DNA from: a virus
Lineage: Duplodnaviria > Caudoviricetes
Virus record (IMG/VR): IMGVR_UViG_3300010403_000009
Coordinates: 1 to 51,205 of that record
DNA length: 51,205 bases
Strand: one strand, 5' to 3'
Made by a program: the position numbers and the translations under genes. Positions 17,961-27,543 of the stretch are shown piece after piece. The number at the start of each line of letters is the position of its first letter. Position 1 is the first letter of the stretch. The notes beneath the pieces were generated by a model. That model made no database searches, was not told the DNA's origin, and saw only the letters and a list, made by a program, of their open reading frames with translations.

Positions 17961-18349
17961 TACGACCTTCGCACCTTCAGGATCATCGAGCCCTGCATGC
18001 CGTTGATGAATCCGGTCGTGGTGAGCATGATCTTCCCGGTGCCATCGAGGCCCGAGGCATCCGAGAGGCCGCCGAAGGGCTGAAAGTCAACGTAGTTGTT
18101 CGAGGAACTGCAGGTCCAGATGGGGCTGTCGATGAGATCATCGAACTCGAGGCGCACACTGAAACCGTTGATGTCGTACCAGATCTTCTCGATCACCAAA
18201 CCCTTGGGGTTCTTGCGATCGATGAGATCCACGAGCGGATCGATGATGATGCTGTCGGTCACCTCTCCTGAACCATCGTTCTTCAGATACACCTTGAAGA
18301 AACACACATGTCCGTCCAGAAGCTTCCGGACGGCGACCGTATTAGCCAT
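17960..18349 (-). CDS. Putative virion protein
   Basis: GGAG RBS; beta-rich; between capsid and adaptor genes. Confidence 0.75.
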   Translation of the reverse strand: MANTVAVRKLLDGHVCFFKVYLKNDGSGEVTDSIIIDPLVDLIDRKNPKGLVIEKIWYDINGFSVRLEFDDLIDSPIWTCSSSNNYVDFQPFGGLSDASGLDGTGKIMLTTTGFINGMQGSMILKVRRS

Positions 18350-18360
18350 TGCACTCTCCG

Positions 18361-18383
18361 AAAAGGGGCCTTGCGGCCCCTTC
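18361..18383 (-). terminator. Intrinsic terminator
   Basis: GGGGCC-GCAA-GGCCCCTTTT on the minus strand. Confidence 0.75.
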
Positions 18384-18386
18384 GGG

Positions 18387-18911
18387 TTAGACCGGGACTT
18401 CCACCCAGCTCATATCCGCAATACCTACGGGTGCCGTCGTGATGTAGCTCAACTGCACATAGGTTCCAGGGATCAGAATCAGATCGCCCTCTCCGTAGTA
18501 GCGCGCGGTGAGTCCGGCCGCAGTCGCAGGGGTCGTCGGGGAATACCCCAGAATCTTCGTATAGACCGGAAGATTGGGAGTCGTGGAGGCGCTGTAGGCG
18601 CGGGCCGCGCAGGTGGTGACCAGTCCCGACCCGTCCCCCGCATAGATCCCGATAGTCGTCGTGGTGGCATGCGGCACCGGGCTTACGGCCACACTCTGTG
18701 CGAGGAAGAGAATGGCTGTGGCCGTCGGAACCGTGGTGTAGGCGAAAGCCGCCGAGACCACAACCAGCTTCTTTCCCGACCCATAGGGATTCGAGAGGAT
18801 GAAGCCGGTCGCCGTTGAGGTGTTGATCAGGGTGACGGTAGCCGCGGCCTGATTGCAGGCGGTGAACAGCTGCCCTGAACGGTTGTAATCGAGTGTTGCG
18901 ATATTCGACAT
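18387..18911 (-). CDS. Putative capsid-associated protein
   Basis: GGAG RBS; Thr/Ala beta-rich; downstream of the capsid gene. Confidence 0.75.
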   Translation of the reverse strand: MSNIATLDYNRSGQLFTACNQAAATVTLINTSTATGFILSNPYGSGKKLVVVSAAFAYTTVPTATAILFLAQSVAVSPVPHATTTTIGIYAGDGSGLVTTCAARAYSASTTPNLPVYTKILGYSPTTPATAAGLTARYYGEGDLILIPGTYVQLSYITTAPVGIADMSWVEVPV

Positions 18912-18929
18912 GAAAATCTCCGAAGGGTT

Positions 18930-19895
18930 TTAGCTGTCCACAGCAGGAATGACGAAGCCGGTCGCGCCAACCACGCCTGAGACACGATTCTCGAAAGCCG
19001 CAAGGCCGACGGTGGTCGTGAACAGCAGGTCGGTTGCGGTCGTGAGGGTCTGCACGTAGTTACGGGCGACGACACCGGTTGAGGTCGTGCCGCCTACGTT
19101 GATGAGCGAGCCGCCTGCCGTCGTCGTATTCGGCCGGTAGCAGAGGTTGTCCGTGCACACGAGGTTCGTGAGCACCCCTGCGGTCACAATGGCGAGGATC
19201 GCCTTGTCGTTCTGCACGGCCCACTTCAGATAGTTGTTCTGGGCGGTCAGCCGGTCGATGTCATTGGCCGTGAGGATCGTCGTGTTGTTAGAGGTCACTC
19301 CAAGATTCACGACGGTGTTGTTGTTGAAGGTGAGACCGTCGACCGTGTTGGCAATACCCGTCGATTTCACGATGTTGAGGAAATTCAGGACCGAGGAGGT
19401 GTCCTTGAAATAGCACCCCTGCACCGTGAATTCCTGTGCAGTCGTCAGCGTGAAACACGCCGCAATCGAGAGGAAATTCGCGACGAAGATGCAGTTCTGC
19501 ACCGAGATGTTGTTGGCGCTGACCGTGATGGTCGAGGTGTTGGCGGTGTCGAGTGTGAAGGTCGGGCGATTACTCCCGAGGCCAAGCCCCACAATAGCCA
19601 CCCCGGCAATGTTCCATGCCGCCGCAGTGGCCGTGGAGATCGCCTCCGCGTGGCCGGGCTTCACGAAGATGATGTCGCCGCGATTGGCCACACACTGGGT
19701 GATCGCATAGGCAAGGGTTGCGAAGGGGGCATCGAAGGTGCCGCGATTGCCGTCCGAGCTGTTGTGATGGCCCAGCAGCACCGTCGCGGAGGAGCTCGAC
19801 ACCCAGAATGTCTTGCCCGGGTGGGTCTGCATGAGCGGCACGCCGCGCACGTTGACGCCGGCCGGGAAGCCGTTGGGAAAATTAGAGACAGGCAT
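18930..19895 (-). CDS. Putative head decoration/fibre protein with beta-helix
   Basis: AGGAG RBS; G....PFATL.YAI..C.A..GD.I.VKPGH.E cap, then beta-helix rungs. Confidence 0.75.
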   Translation of the reverse strand: MPVSNFPNGFPAGVNVRGVPLMQTHPGKTFWVSSSSATVLLGHHNSSDGNRGTFDAPFATLAYAITQCVANRGDIIFVKPGHAEAISTATAAAWNIAGVAIVGLGLGSNRPTFTLDTANTSTITVSANNISVQNCIFVANFLSIAACFTLTTAQEFTVQGCYFKDTSSVLNFLNIVKSTGIANTVDGLTFNNNTVVNLGVTSNNTTILTANDIDRLTAQNNYLKWAVQNDKAILAIVTAGVLTNLVCTDNLCYRPNTTTAGGSLINVGGTTSTGVVARNYVQTLTTATDLLFTTTVGLAAFENRVSGVVGATGFVIPAVDS

Positions 19896-19944
19896 AACTC
19901 TCCTGTGAACCCCGGTGGGGTCCGTGTGGAAATCTCACAGTTCG

Positions 19945-19973
19945 AAAAGGAAAGGGCCCCGAAAAGGGGCCCT
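19945..19973 (-). terminator. Intrinsic terminator after the capsid gene
   Basis: AGGGCCCC-TTTTC-GGGGCCCT followed by TTCCTTTT. Confidence 0.75.
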
Positions 19974-19978
19974 CAGGA

Positions 19979-20893
19979 TCAAGCCCCGGGAGTTCCGTAC
20001 ATCCCGCGCGGATCACCCCAGCCGCAGCTGAAGCGGCGATAGAGTTTCGCTTTCGCGTTGTCCGTATCGAAGTCCATGTCCTGCTTGAACTCGGTGGCCT
20101 CACGATCGAACCACGTCATCCCACGCGGCGCATTCGTCTTCACGAAGAAGGCATCCGCATCGGTCAGGTAGTGATTGATCGCAACCTCGGGGATGATCCC
20201 CTTGGCCTTCAGGGCATTGATGGCGTTGTTGACGGTGTCATTCTGCAATTGCGACTGCAGAACCCGTTCTGCTTCGAAGTACAGCTGCGGCGGCAGAATC
20301 AGCCGCTTGGGCATGATGGAGACCTTCATGCCACGCGGATTGACCGCCGTCATGATCTGCACGGCCAGATCTTCCATCGAGGCTTCTGAGAAATCCGAAG
20401 CCGTCGCAAGGGCATTCGACCACGTGCCGCCCAGCGCGAGCGGATGGTCTGTGACGCACAGCGCCTTGCCATCGCCGCCCGTATACGCGGTGTTGAACGC
20501 CCGGTTGGCCACGTTCGCGGCCACGTTCTCTTCGGTCTGCCGCAGGGAGAAGGCGAGATCTTCCGCGCCACTCATCGAGACTTCCGAATAGAGATTGTCC
20601 GCCAGTGCCTCGCGGGTGACGATGTATCCCATCGAATACGCCAGGTGCGTAAAGCGCGTGGTGTAGCCCTGCGCCTTGGAGTCGTACTTGGTGCTCTCGC
20701 CTTCGGTCTTTACCGGCACCAGTCCGTATCCGGTCTGCGAGACGATCTCTTCGTAGTTGCGCTGTGAGGCCTCGCGCACATCGAAGATCTGCGTGTACTC
20801 GATGGGGTGTTCTGCGTACTTGGCTCCGAACCAGGCATGTACGCCGGGCCAGAGTGCTTTGGGGTGATTGCCAGTAGTGATTACGCCAGCCAT
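19979..20893 (-). CDS. Major capsid protein (HK97 fold, Mu gpT-like family)
   Basis: LWPG, K.EGE...YD, GGDGK.L...DHP, P.RL..PP.L, YLTD.DA.F, G..DPRG.YG.PGA. Confidence 0.9.
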   Translation of the reverse strand: MAGVITTGNHPKALWPGVHAWFGAKYAEHPIEYTQIFDVREASQRNYEEIVSQTGYGLVPVKTEGESTKYDSKAQGYTTRFTHLAYSMGYIVTREALADNLYSEVSMSGAEDLAFSLRQTEENVAANVANRAFNTAYTGGDGKALCVTDHPLALGGTWSNALATASDFSEASMEDLAVQIMTAVNPRGMKVSIMPKRLILPPQLYFEAERVLQSQLQNDTVNNAINALKAKGIIPEVAINHYLTDADAFFVKTNAPRGMTWFDREATEFKQDMDFDTDNAKAKLYRRFSCGWGDPRGMYGTPGA

Positions 20894-20904
20894 GTTGTAG
20901 CTCC

Positions 20905-21486
20905 TTACGCCTTACCGACAACCTGGTTGGCGAACTGATGACGATTGATCCGGACGTACCACTTCGCGTTCTCGCCAATGGCGTTATCCGCGCGATTGAC
21001 GAAACCGGTGAGCAGGAGGTCCAGCGTATTGGTGGCCGCTTCCGTGGCGTTGTTGATTTCAACGCCAGACATGCCGTTGGCGGTGGAACCCGAACCGACC
21101 ACGAAATTGGCATTCAGGCCCATATCGTTCGCGGTGAAGGCGGTGCCCCCTGCGGATTCCTGAATCTCGAAGAGGAGATTCGGATCATCCGCAATGAACA
21201 GCAGCCGCTGTGTGGAGGCGGCGCGATAGATGAGCGAGTCTCCCGTTACCGGCAGAACCGCCACACACACACCGACGATGATGTCGCCGGTAGCCGCCTG
21301 TTTGACATCCGCATAGATGTTGCCGTTGATCGTCTGAGAGGTGCCGATATAGGTCACCGGATCGCCCAGAAAAATCGCCGTGCCATCCCCCGTGGGGGTC
21401 GAATACGTGTTGGCGGCGCCGTTGTACGGCGCGCCGCTCAGATACCGCACGGGCCGCAGCCCGAACTTGGTATTTGCATTGGCCAT
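20905..21486 (-). CDS. Auxiliary capsid/cement protein
   Basis: MAN....FGLRPV..., IF.GD.V, DDP...FEIQ; immediately upstream of the capsid gene. Confidence 0.7.
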   Translation of the reverse strand: MANANTKFGLRPVRYLSGAPYNGAANTYSTPTGDGTAIFLGDPVTYIGTSQTINGNIYADVKQAATGDIIVGVCVAVLPVTGDSLIYRAASTQRLLFIADDPNLLFEIQESAGGTAFTANDMGLNANFVVGSGSTANGMSGVEINNATEAATNTLDLLLTGFVNRADNAIGENAKWYVRINRHQFANQVVGKA

Positions 21487-21505
21487 TTACCCATCTCCAA
21501 AAATG

Positions 21506-21524
21506 AAAAAGCCCCCGAAGGGGC
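21506..21524 (-). terminator. Intrinsic terminator
   Basis: GCCCC-TTCG-GGGGCTTTTT on the minus strand. Confidence 0.75.
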
Positions 21525-21551
21525 GATGTAAGCGAATGGCCATCACAGATC

Positions 21552-21980
21552 TCATGCGGGAAGTTCCTTGCGTTCGAGGTCCACTTCGCCGTACTGATTC
21601 TTGATGGACGCACCGCCAGCCTTGCCGGCACGAATCGCATCATCGACCATCCGGTTCGTTGCCTCTTTCTTCGCCTGATCTTCCTGATAGAAGGCTTCAG
21701 GGATTTCCATGAGGTACGCGCGGATGGGTTGGGATTGCGCTGTGCGCCCGACGACCGTTGAGGTCCGGGAATTGATATCTGTGTTGCCGCGGCCGACTTC
21801 TTTGTCGCCCACCGGGGTTTCACCTTTTCTGACGAAGGCGTATCCCGCGGCTTCCGCGCGCGCGATACGATCGTCCTGATCGTTGAACCAACGTCGAACG
21901 AAACCCTTTCTCTGTATCGTCTCCAGTCGCTTCCGATTCGCCGAAAACGGCGTTCGCTCTCTTCGTGTTGCGTCAGTCAT
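21552..21980 (-). CDS. Conserved head-module protein
   Basis: GF..RW.ND...RI..A...GY..V; LMEIP..FY.ED. Confidence 0.75.
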   Translation of the reverse strand: MTDATRRERTPFSANRKRLETIQRKGFVRRWFNDQDDRIARAEAAGYAFVRKGETPVGDKEVGRGNTDINSRTSTVVGRTAQSQPIRAYLMEIPEAFYQEDQAKKEATNRMVDDAIRAGKAGGASIKNQYGEVDLERKELPA

Positions 21981-22747
21981 TACTCACTCCAGTCGTAATT
22001 GGAGAGATATTTATCCTTGGTGAAGCCGGGAATGGTGCGCTCGAAGCGGGCACATGCATTCTTGGCCTCCTCAGGAAGATTCTCGAATGTCTTCGCCTTG
22101 CTGTTCTGGACCTTCTTCGGTTCGTGTCCCTCCGTGATGTGTTCCTCACGGCGGCTATTCTTGAACTTGTGGGGTACTTCGGCCTGCACACGCTCGGTCA
22201 GCCTGTCGAGAAAGGCCCGTCCCTTGAGACCGGGGTTTTCGCGGGCGATGAGGTCCGAGAGGCCATCGGCTATGGACTTCAGAACAGGGTCTGTCTGATA
22301 CCAGCCGTTCTCGTTGAGCCATGCCTGAGTGGCCGGGGGAATCTGTTCGGCTCTGGGGGGCTCTGCCTGCATCTCGCGAATCTGCCGGTCCTTGAGCGTG
22401 AACGCCTGTCCGTCACCATCGGTGATGGCTTTGGCGCGTTCGGCTTCGAGCTGGGCAATCGCGGCATCGCGTTCGCGGCGCTCTTTGGACACCGTCTTCT
22501 CGTGGAATTCATTGAAGAGGCGGTTGCCTTCCTTGAGCTCCCCGACTTCGCCTTTCAGATTCTCGACCGTTTTCAGGAGGTCGCGATTCTTCGCCTGTAC
22601 GTAGGAGAAGATCTGCTCGCCCCTTTCGACGAACGTCTTCGCATCGGCCCAGCGTTCCGGCGGGCCTTTCCACGCGGCCTGCTCCTGCCAGCCGTGGGCG
22701 CGCGCTTCGGCTTCGTAGTCACGTACTTCGCCTTCATTTGTGGACAT
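21980..22747 (-). CDS. Putative scaffolding protein
   Basis: EAR..GW...W.G....W.DA..FV; coiled coil; W...N.WY; charged. Confidence 0.7.
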   Translation of the reverse strand: MSTNEGEVRDYEAEARAHGWQEQAAWKGPPERWADAKTFVERGEQIFSYVQAKNRDLLKTVENLKGEVGELKEGNRLFNEFHEKTVSKERRERDAAIAQLEAERAKAITDGDGQAFTLKDRQIREMQAEPPRAEQIPPATQAWLNENGWYQTDPVLKSIADGLSDLIARENPGLKGRAFLDRLTERVQAEVPHKFKNSRREEHITEGHEPKKVQNSKAKTFENLPEEAKNACARFERTIPGFTKDKYLSNYDWSE

Positions 22748-23132
22748 GGAATGCCTTCCTGCTTTGCAGATCAGTGAAACTCACGCCTTCTTCGACAATC
22801 GCGGTCACATCGACATCGTTCATCAGCCGGTAGGACCGGCCGTCTTTCCCGGTCACCTGAAGACCACCATATTTCGCAAAGGCCACCCGTTCGCCAGGTT
22901 GCGCGAAGGGACGGGAGAAGCCCTGGGTGGTCGTCTGACCACCGGTCTTGCTGATGTGATCGAGATACGCATCGGGGCCGGAGGCCACGAAGGTCCCGAT
23001 GGACTGCGCCATCTGATGCAGCTCGCCCACGGTTCCGGGAATGATGATGCCGCCGTCGGTCACCTTCTCGATGTCATCCGGCAGGATCAGGACGCGGTCG
23101 CCGCAGGGGTGAATGCCTGACTCGTTCTTCAT
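22734..23132 (-). CDS. groES: Co-chaperonin GroES/Cpn10-like
   Basis: I.P.GDRVLI.PD..E..T.GGIIIP; G..VA.GP; GERV.FAKYGG..V...DG..YRLMND.DV.A. Confidence 0.88.
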   Translation of the reverse strand: MKNESGIHPCGDRVLILPDDIEKVTDGGIIIPGTVGELHQMAQSIGTFVASGPDAYLDHISKTGGQTTTQGFSRPFAQPGERVAFAKYGGLQVTGKDGRSYRLMNDVDVTAIVEEGVSFTDLQSRKAFHVHK

Positions 23133-23391
23133 CGGTCTGTAAATCCTCTATGAGTGATAAATCCTTGCTCTCGAATGCCTCGATGATGTCCTGCAGGGTG
23201 CCTTCCTCTGCCAGCAGCCACAGCTTGCCTTCCTGGGTTTTCTGCGGCTCGCAGGGGAAGAAGATTTCCGCGCGATCCTTAAAAGTCCGGTCCAGCCGCA
23301 TCCGGATCAACGCGAGAAAGTAGCGGGTAGTCTCCCCTTCCAGCCATTCCTCAATCTGCTCTTGAGGCGGGCTGTTTGGATTTGCGGTCAT
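23074..23391 (-). CDS. Hypothetical head-module protein
   Basis: EEWLE.E.TR motif; between portal and GroES. Confidence 0.65.
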   Translation of the reverse strand: MTANPNSPPQEQIEEWLEGETTRYFLALIRMRLDRTFKDRAEIFFPCEPQKTQEGKLWLLAEEGTLQDIIEAFESKDLSLIEDLQTDEERVRHSPLRRPRPDPAG

Positions 23392-25525
23392 CTGCGATCG
23401 CCTTGATACGTTTGCTGTTGGAGTCGATTCGAGCGGTGATCGCTTCGAACTGCGCGATATACACCTGCGCGTCGTCCTGCATCATTTCGTGCTGCAGTTT
23501 CAGAATATTCGCCTCGTTCACGGCAATATTCGAATCCGCGAGCGCCGCATCGATCTCCATGCGTGAGTGAGCTTCCAGAGTCCGTCTCTGTTCTTCGGCG
23601 GCCTTGAGGGCCAGTTCCGGGTTCTGCGGCGCCGGAATCGTGGGCTGACCCTTGTCATCGCGCGGATAGATTTCCTGTGTGTCGGGAATATCCATCGCTT
23701 CATGAAGACGTCGTTCGACCGCTGCGGGATCGTAGCCGGGGATGGTTGCGGCCCGCTGGGCGAGAAACTGCGCCTTCACCATATTCTCCTGAGAAGAGAA
23801 TGCATTGGGATCGGCGGCCGGCATGATATCGGTCGGATCACCGCTGTAGTCATTCTGGAGAACCGAGAAACGTCCCTCCATCGTCTCGTAGTACTCGACC
23901 GGATTGAGATAAATCCGGTTCAGCGTGTAGAGCTTGCGCAGCTCCTTGCGGAAACTCCGGTACAGACGCTTGAAGATGCCGTTGAACACCTGCAGGCCCT
24001 GTTCGAGCATTGCCTGCATGTTGTAGGCAGGAGTGTTCTGGCCCGGATTGTTGCCGGTCATTGCATCATTGACGGAGGAGACTTTTTCGCCGTACGAGAT
24101 CAGCAATGAGAGCAACTGAAACAGGACTGTCGAAGGCGCAGGAACCGGCAACGGCACGATGGAGTCTCGCAAGGTCTGGCCGGCGACATTGACCCGCTTC
24201 CATTCGCGCGGACGAAACCGCAGTTCACCCCCCTGAAGTCGGGCTCCCTTGCCGATGAAGCCCGAGGCCCCGTTCTGCAGGGTCCCCGAATCGATCAGCT
24301 GGTTGATCAGCGTGTTGACCGAATCGTTGATCGGACCGAGCAAAGCGCCCAGACCCAGATCATAGAATCCTCCATCGGGACTCGGAATGAAGCCGTACTT
24401 GGTGTAACACTCCATCGCCTCGATTCTGAGGACCTGAGGCTCTGCCTCATCAGATTTCTGGAGCTGCGCCATCTGCTGATCGAGCGCCGCCATCTGCGCC
24501 TGGCCGGCCTGCACGATCTGTGCGACCTGATTTGCCGCCGCGACATGCTGGTCAGTTTCCTGACCGGTCGGCGGAGGCAGCGACTGCACGGCTTCCTGCA
24601 ATTGAGCCGCAATGCCCTTCTTCTGGTCGCCGAGCGCCTTGATCTGAAGCGACTGCTGGGTGACCACCTCGCCGAAGCGGTGAACGATCCTCAATACCTT
24701 GCGGGTCGAGCGGTCGACAATGACCACATAGGGCTCGGGATAGGCATCGCCATCGAGATCGAGATAGCAATGCTGCTCGAGCAGCTCTCTTGAGGTGCTC
24801 GAGCTGACCGGAGGCGCCTGCAGGCCCTGCCGTGCATCGGAGAGTTTGGGTGTCTGGATCTGGGGCTGGCCGAGAGCCTTCGTGGAATACAGGCCCGAGA
24901 GCTGCTTTTCCCGGATCTCGCGGTCCGAGAGCTCGAAGACCTCAGTTTTACGCTCGCACTTCTCGAGGGTGCGCGTGTAGTAGTGAACGATCAGGTTCTG
25001 GGGCAGAACGAGCTTCGAGCAGTTGCGTTCGGTCTGCGCATCCCAGTAGGTCTTCTTGAACGCGCAGCCGATGATGGGAACGACGATGAACTTGCGGTCG
25101 GTATCCTCTTCCCAGTCAACATCCTGATCGAGGAGCTGGAAGGACATATGCCTTCCGATTCTTCCGGCACGGGCGGCTTTCTGGCCGTCGGTGTCCTCTC
25201 CCATGACCCGGTATTTCACAAGGTCCGGGGCTTTCACGAGGTTCGGATAGGCGCGCGCGGCAAACTGGAGAGCGGCAATCGTCACCAGCGGAAACTTCAC
25301 ATTCGCCGCATCCGGCCACGGCGTGTTTTTCGGCTCGACCATCTGAAGGGCGAGTTTTATCGCATTGTCGGTGCGCTTCTCCCACTCCTGACGCGACTGC
25401 CTGTCTTCGTCGTAGCCCTTGACGACCTCGCTGCCAATGGCGTTGCTCTGTTCTTCAGACAGCAATGCATCGACGTTGCGCGACGTCTGGATATCGCGCA
25501 GAGGGAGTGAAATGGGGTCCATCAA
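23351..25525 (-). CDS. Portal protein
   Basis: 724 aa directly after TerL; D..SR.EW, PWP.AANVK.P, G.AFKK.Y, QLIDSG.L.N; C-terminal helical barrel. Confidence 0.9.
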   Translation of the reverse strand: MMDPISLPLRDIQTSRNVDALLSEEQSNAIGSEVVKGYDEDRQSRQEWEKRTDNAIKLALQMVEPKNTPWPDAANVKFPLVTIAALQFAARAYPNLVKAPDLVKYRVMGEDTDGQKAARAGRIGRHMSFQLLDQDVDWEEDTDRKFIVVPIIGCAFKKTYWDAQTERNCSKLVLPQNLIVHYYTRTLEKCERKTEVFELSDREIREKQLSGLYSTKALGQPQIQTPKLSDARQGLQAPPVSSSTSRELLEQHCYLDLDGDAYPEPYVVIVDRSTRKVLRIVHRFGEVVTQQSLQIKALGDQKKGIAAQLQEAVQSLPPPTGQETDQHVAAANQVAQIVQAGQAQMAALDQQMAQLQKSDEAEPQVLRIEAMECYTKYGFIPSPDGGFYDLGLGALLGPINDSVNTLINQLIDSGTLQNGASGFIGKGARLQGGELRFRPREWKRVNVAGQTLRDSIVPLPVPAPSTVLFQLLSLLISYGEKVSSVNDAMTGNNPGQNTPAYNMQAMLEQGLQVFNGIFKRLYRSFRKELRKLYTLNRIYLNPVEYYETMEGRFSVLQNDYSGDPTDIMPAADPNAFSSQENMVKAQFLAQRAATIPGYDPAAVERRLHEAMDIPDTQEIYPRDDKGQPTIPAPQNPELALKAAEEQRRTLEAHSRMEIDAALADSNIAVNEANILKLQHEMMQDDAQVYIAQFEAITARIDSNSKRIKAIADDRKSKQPASRAD

Positions 25526-27312
25526 TATCCGGTAGTTACACAGCGGCCCTGGGGAACGTGAGCCTCGTAGGCCTCACGGTATTCGTCGTCCTCAATTTCT
25601 TTGTCGGTCTCGGGCTCGACCATCTCTTCGAGCATCAGACCGAGCCAGGCAAAGGCATCGAACTGATCCTTGTAGGCAAACTTCGGGTATTTCAGCAGTT
25701 CCTCTTCGAAGGCCGGATACCACTCAGAGTTCTTGTCGAAGCGCACCTTTCCGGCTCTCATGCGGGCCCGGATGGATTGCCCGCGCTTGTCCTTGTCCTT
25801 GGTCGGCGCCCTGTCATCGATGTTGATGAACTTGCGGGTCTCGGTCATCTTCGTGTTCAGAAACGGACCAATCGCTTTCGAGATGTTCTCGGACTCGACC
25901 CGGAAGATCTCCGGTTCCCAGCGGTCGTGGATCGAAAACATCTCCTCGACGATGCGTTCACCATCGAGGCGCTCGCGCCTGACATCCACGATATTGAGAA
26001 AGCCTTCAGAGTCGAGCCCTCCGACGACCATCGCGGTATAGGCATTCCTTTCGGTTTCCCCGATCGCAAGGTCTGCCCCCGCGTAGTAAGACTTGCGGGT
26101 CTCGAAGTGCATCGGCTCCATCGGCAGGAAGTCCTGCAAACGGAAGTAGGCGGTGGACGGATCAACCGGATCGTTCAGATACTCCGTCCCGTACACATCC
26201 AGCTGCCCGCGCCCGGCATAATCCGCACGCTTGCGGCGCAGGAACTCCGCGGGCCACTGCTCGGGCCAGAGCACCGATGAGAAATCCGGGTTGTGGGCGC
26301 GGTACTTGACCGAGGCCCACGAAGAAGGCTCGGGGTGGTATTCCCGCAGCTCCTCGATCACCGTTCGCTTGTCCTTGGTCGAGGGCATCATCCGGTCGAG
26401 AAGCGAGTCGTAGCCGACGATCGTCCCCACTACCCGGATCTTCCCCGAAGCCCGAAGGATCGGCCGTACCGTGCCGTAGAACCAGCGGCGAAACTTTTCC
26501 CGCCGCGAGTCATTCAGGACCATCTCGTCATCTTCCATGTCATCCGAGACACAGGTATCGGGACGCTTGCGCTCCCACTTGAGACCGCGCATCCGCTGCC
26601 CGGCACCCTTCACGATGACCCGGAACTTCTCCTCATCCCGGAACGAGCCAACGATGTCGGTCTCGGAAGTCTTCAGAAACTCCGCCAGCTTGTAGTCCCG
26701 AACCAGGTCCTCGTTCTCTTCAATCTCCACCCGCAGGTCATGGAGAAAGGCCGCCGCAAGCTCCTCGTTCGAACCCAGCAGCAGCAGATGCCGCATCCGC
26801 CGCGTACACAACCCGTGCAGTACATACGACCCCGTGATCGCGGTTGACTTCGCATGCCCCCGGGGAGCGGCCAGTGCCACCTGTTCGTAATCCGACCCGC
26901 ACAAGGCCCACCATTCCCAGTGAACCGCCGCAATCGGCTTGGGCTCGTCATAGCGTCCCTGCAGATAGACGCTCGTGAACCCCCACACCTCATCCGCAAA
27001 ATCCCAGTCGGCCTGAGACAGAAACGGCAGCGACGGAATAATCCCCCGCGCCTCCCGCTCGAGCCTCCCCACCTCCCTCAGATGCTCCGAAAGCTCATCC
27101 GAAGTCCGCTCTACCGGACGGGGACGGCCCTCGATATCCGCCTGCGCATCGGCGGTGTACCGGGCCCACTCCTCCGGGTGACGCGACTTCCATGCGTAGA
27201 TGACGTCTTCGCTTAACTCACACGCCCGCGCCGCCGCCCGAACACTCCCCTCCTCAATCACCGCCCTCGCCGCCCGGCGCCGGTCCTCTACCGAGTGCTG
27301 AAAATGGGCCAT
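25522..27312 (-). CDS. terL: Terminase large subunit with N-terminal HTH extension
   Basis: Walker A APRGHAKST, Walker B CVSDDME, coupling motif VVGT, nuclease GADLA...DQFDA; about 100 extra N-terminal residues with an HTH. Confidence 0.92.
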   Translation of the reverse strand: MAHFQHSVEDRRRAARAVIEEGSVRAAARACELSEDVIYAWKSRHPEEWARYTADAQADIEGRPRPVERTSDELSEHLREVGRLEREARGIIPSLPFLSQADWDFADEVWGFTSVYLQGRYDEPKPIAAVHWEWWALCGSDYEQVALAAPRGHAKSTAITGSYVLHGLCTRRMRHLLLLGSNEELAAAFLHDLRVEIEENEDLVRDYKLAEFLKTSETDIVGSFRDEEKFRVIVKGAGQRMRGLKWERKRPDTCVSDDMEDDEMVLNDSRREKFRRWFYGTVRPILRASGKIRVVGTIVGYDSLLDRMMPSTKDKRTVIEELREYHPEPSSWASVKYRAHNPDFSSVLWPEQWPAEFLRRKRADYAGRGQLDVYGTEYLNDPVDPSTAYFRLQDFLPMEPMHFETRKSYYAGADLAIGETERNAYTAMVVGGLDSEGFLNIVDVRRERLDGERIVEEMFSIHDRWEPEIFRVESENISKAIGPFLNTKMTETRKFINIDDRAPTKDKDKRGQSIRARMRAGKVRFDKNSEWYPAFEEELLKYPKFAYKDQFDAFAWLGLMLEEMVEPETDKEIEDDEYREAYEAHVPQGRCVTTGY

Positions 27313-27336
27313 CTGGTTATTTCATTGCGCAAATCA

Positions 27337-27352
27337 GGCTCCACGTGAAACA
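27337..27352. promoter_or_regulatory. parS-like site 2
   Basis: GGCTCCACGTGAAACA, 14/16 match to TGTTNCACGTGAAACA; intergenic. Confidence 0.5.
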
Positions 27353-27543
27353 AACGTTGCTCTCAGGGGCGCAGCTGTGCGTGAGAACGTTGCGTGGACT
27401 AGTGATTCTGTGACACAGGCCGTGCACTTCATCCCTGCATTGGGGCGGATAGCGTCTCTGACGAGCAGTCCAACAGGGGTGATGCACAAATTCACATCTA
27501 CGAATTTGCCCCTGCCGGCACCCCTGGAAGGGACCCAACCGAC

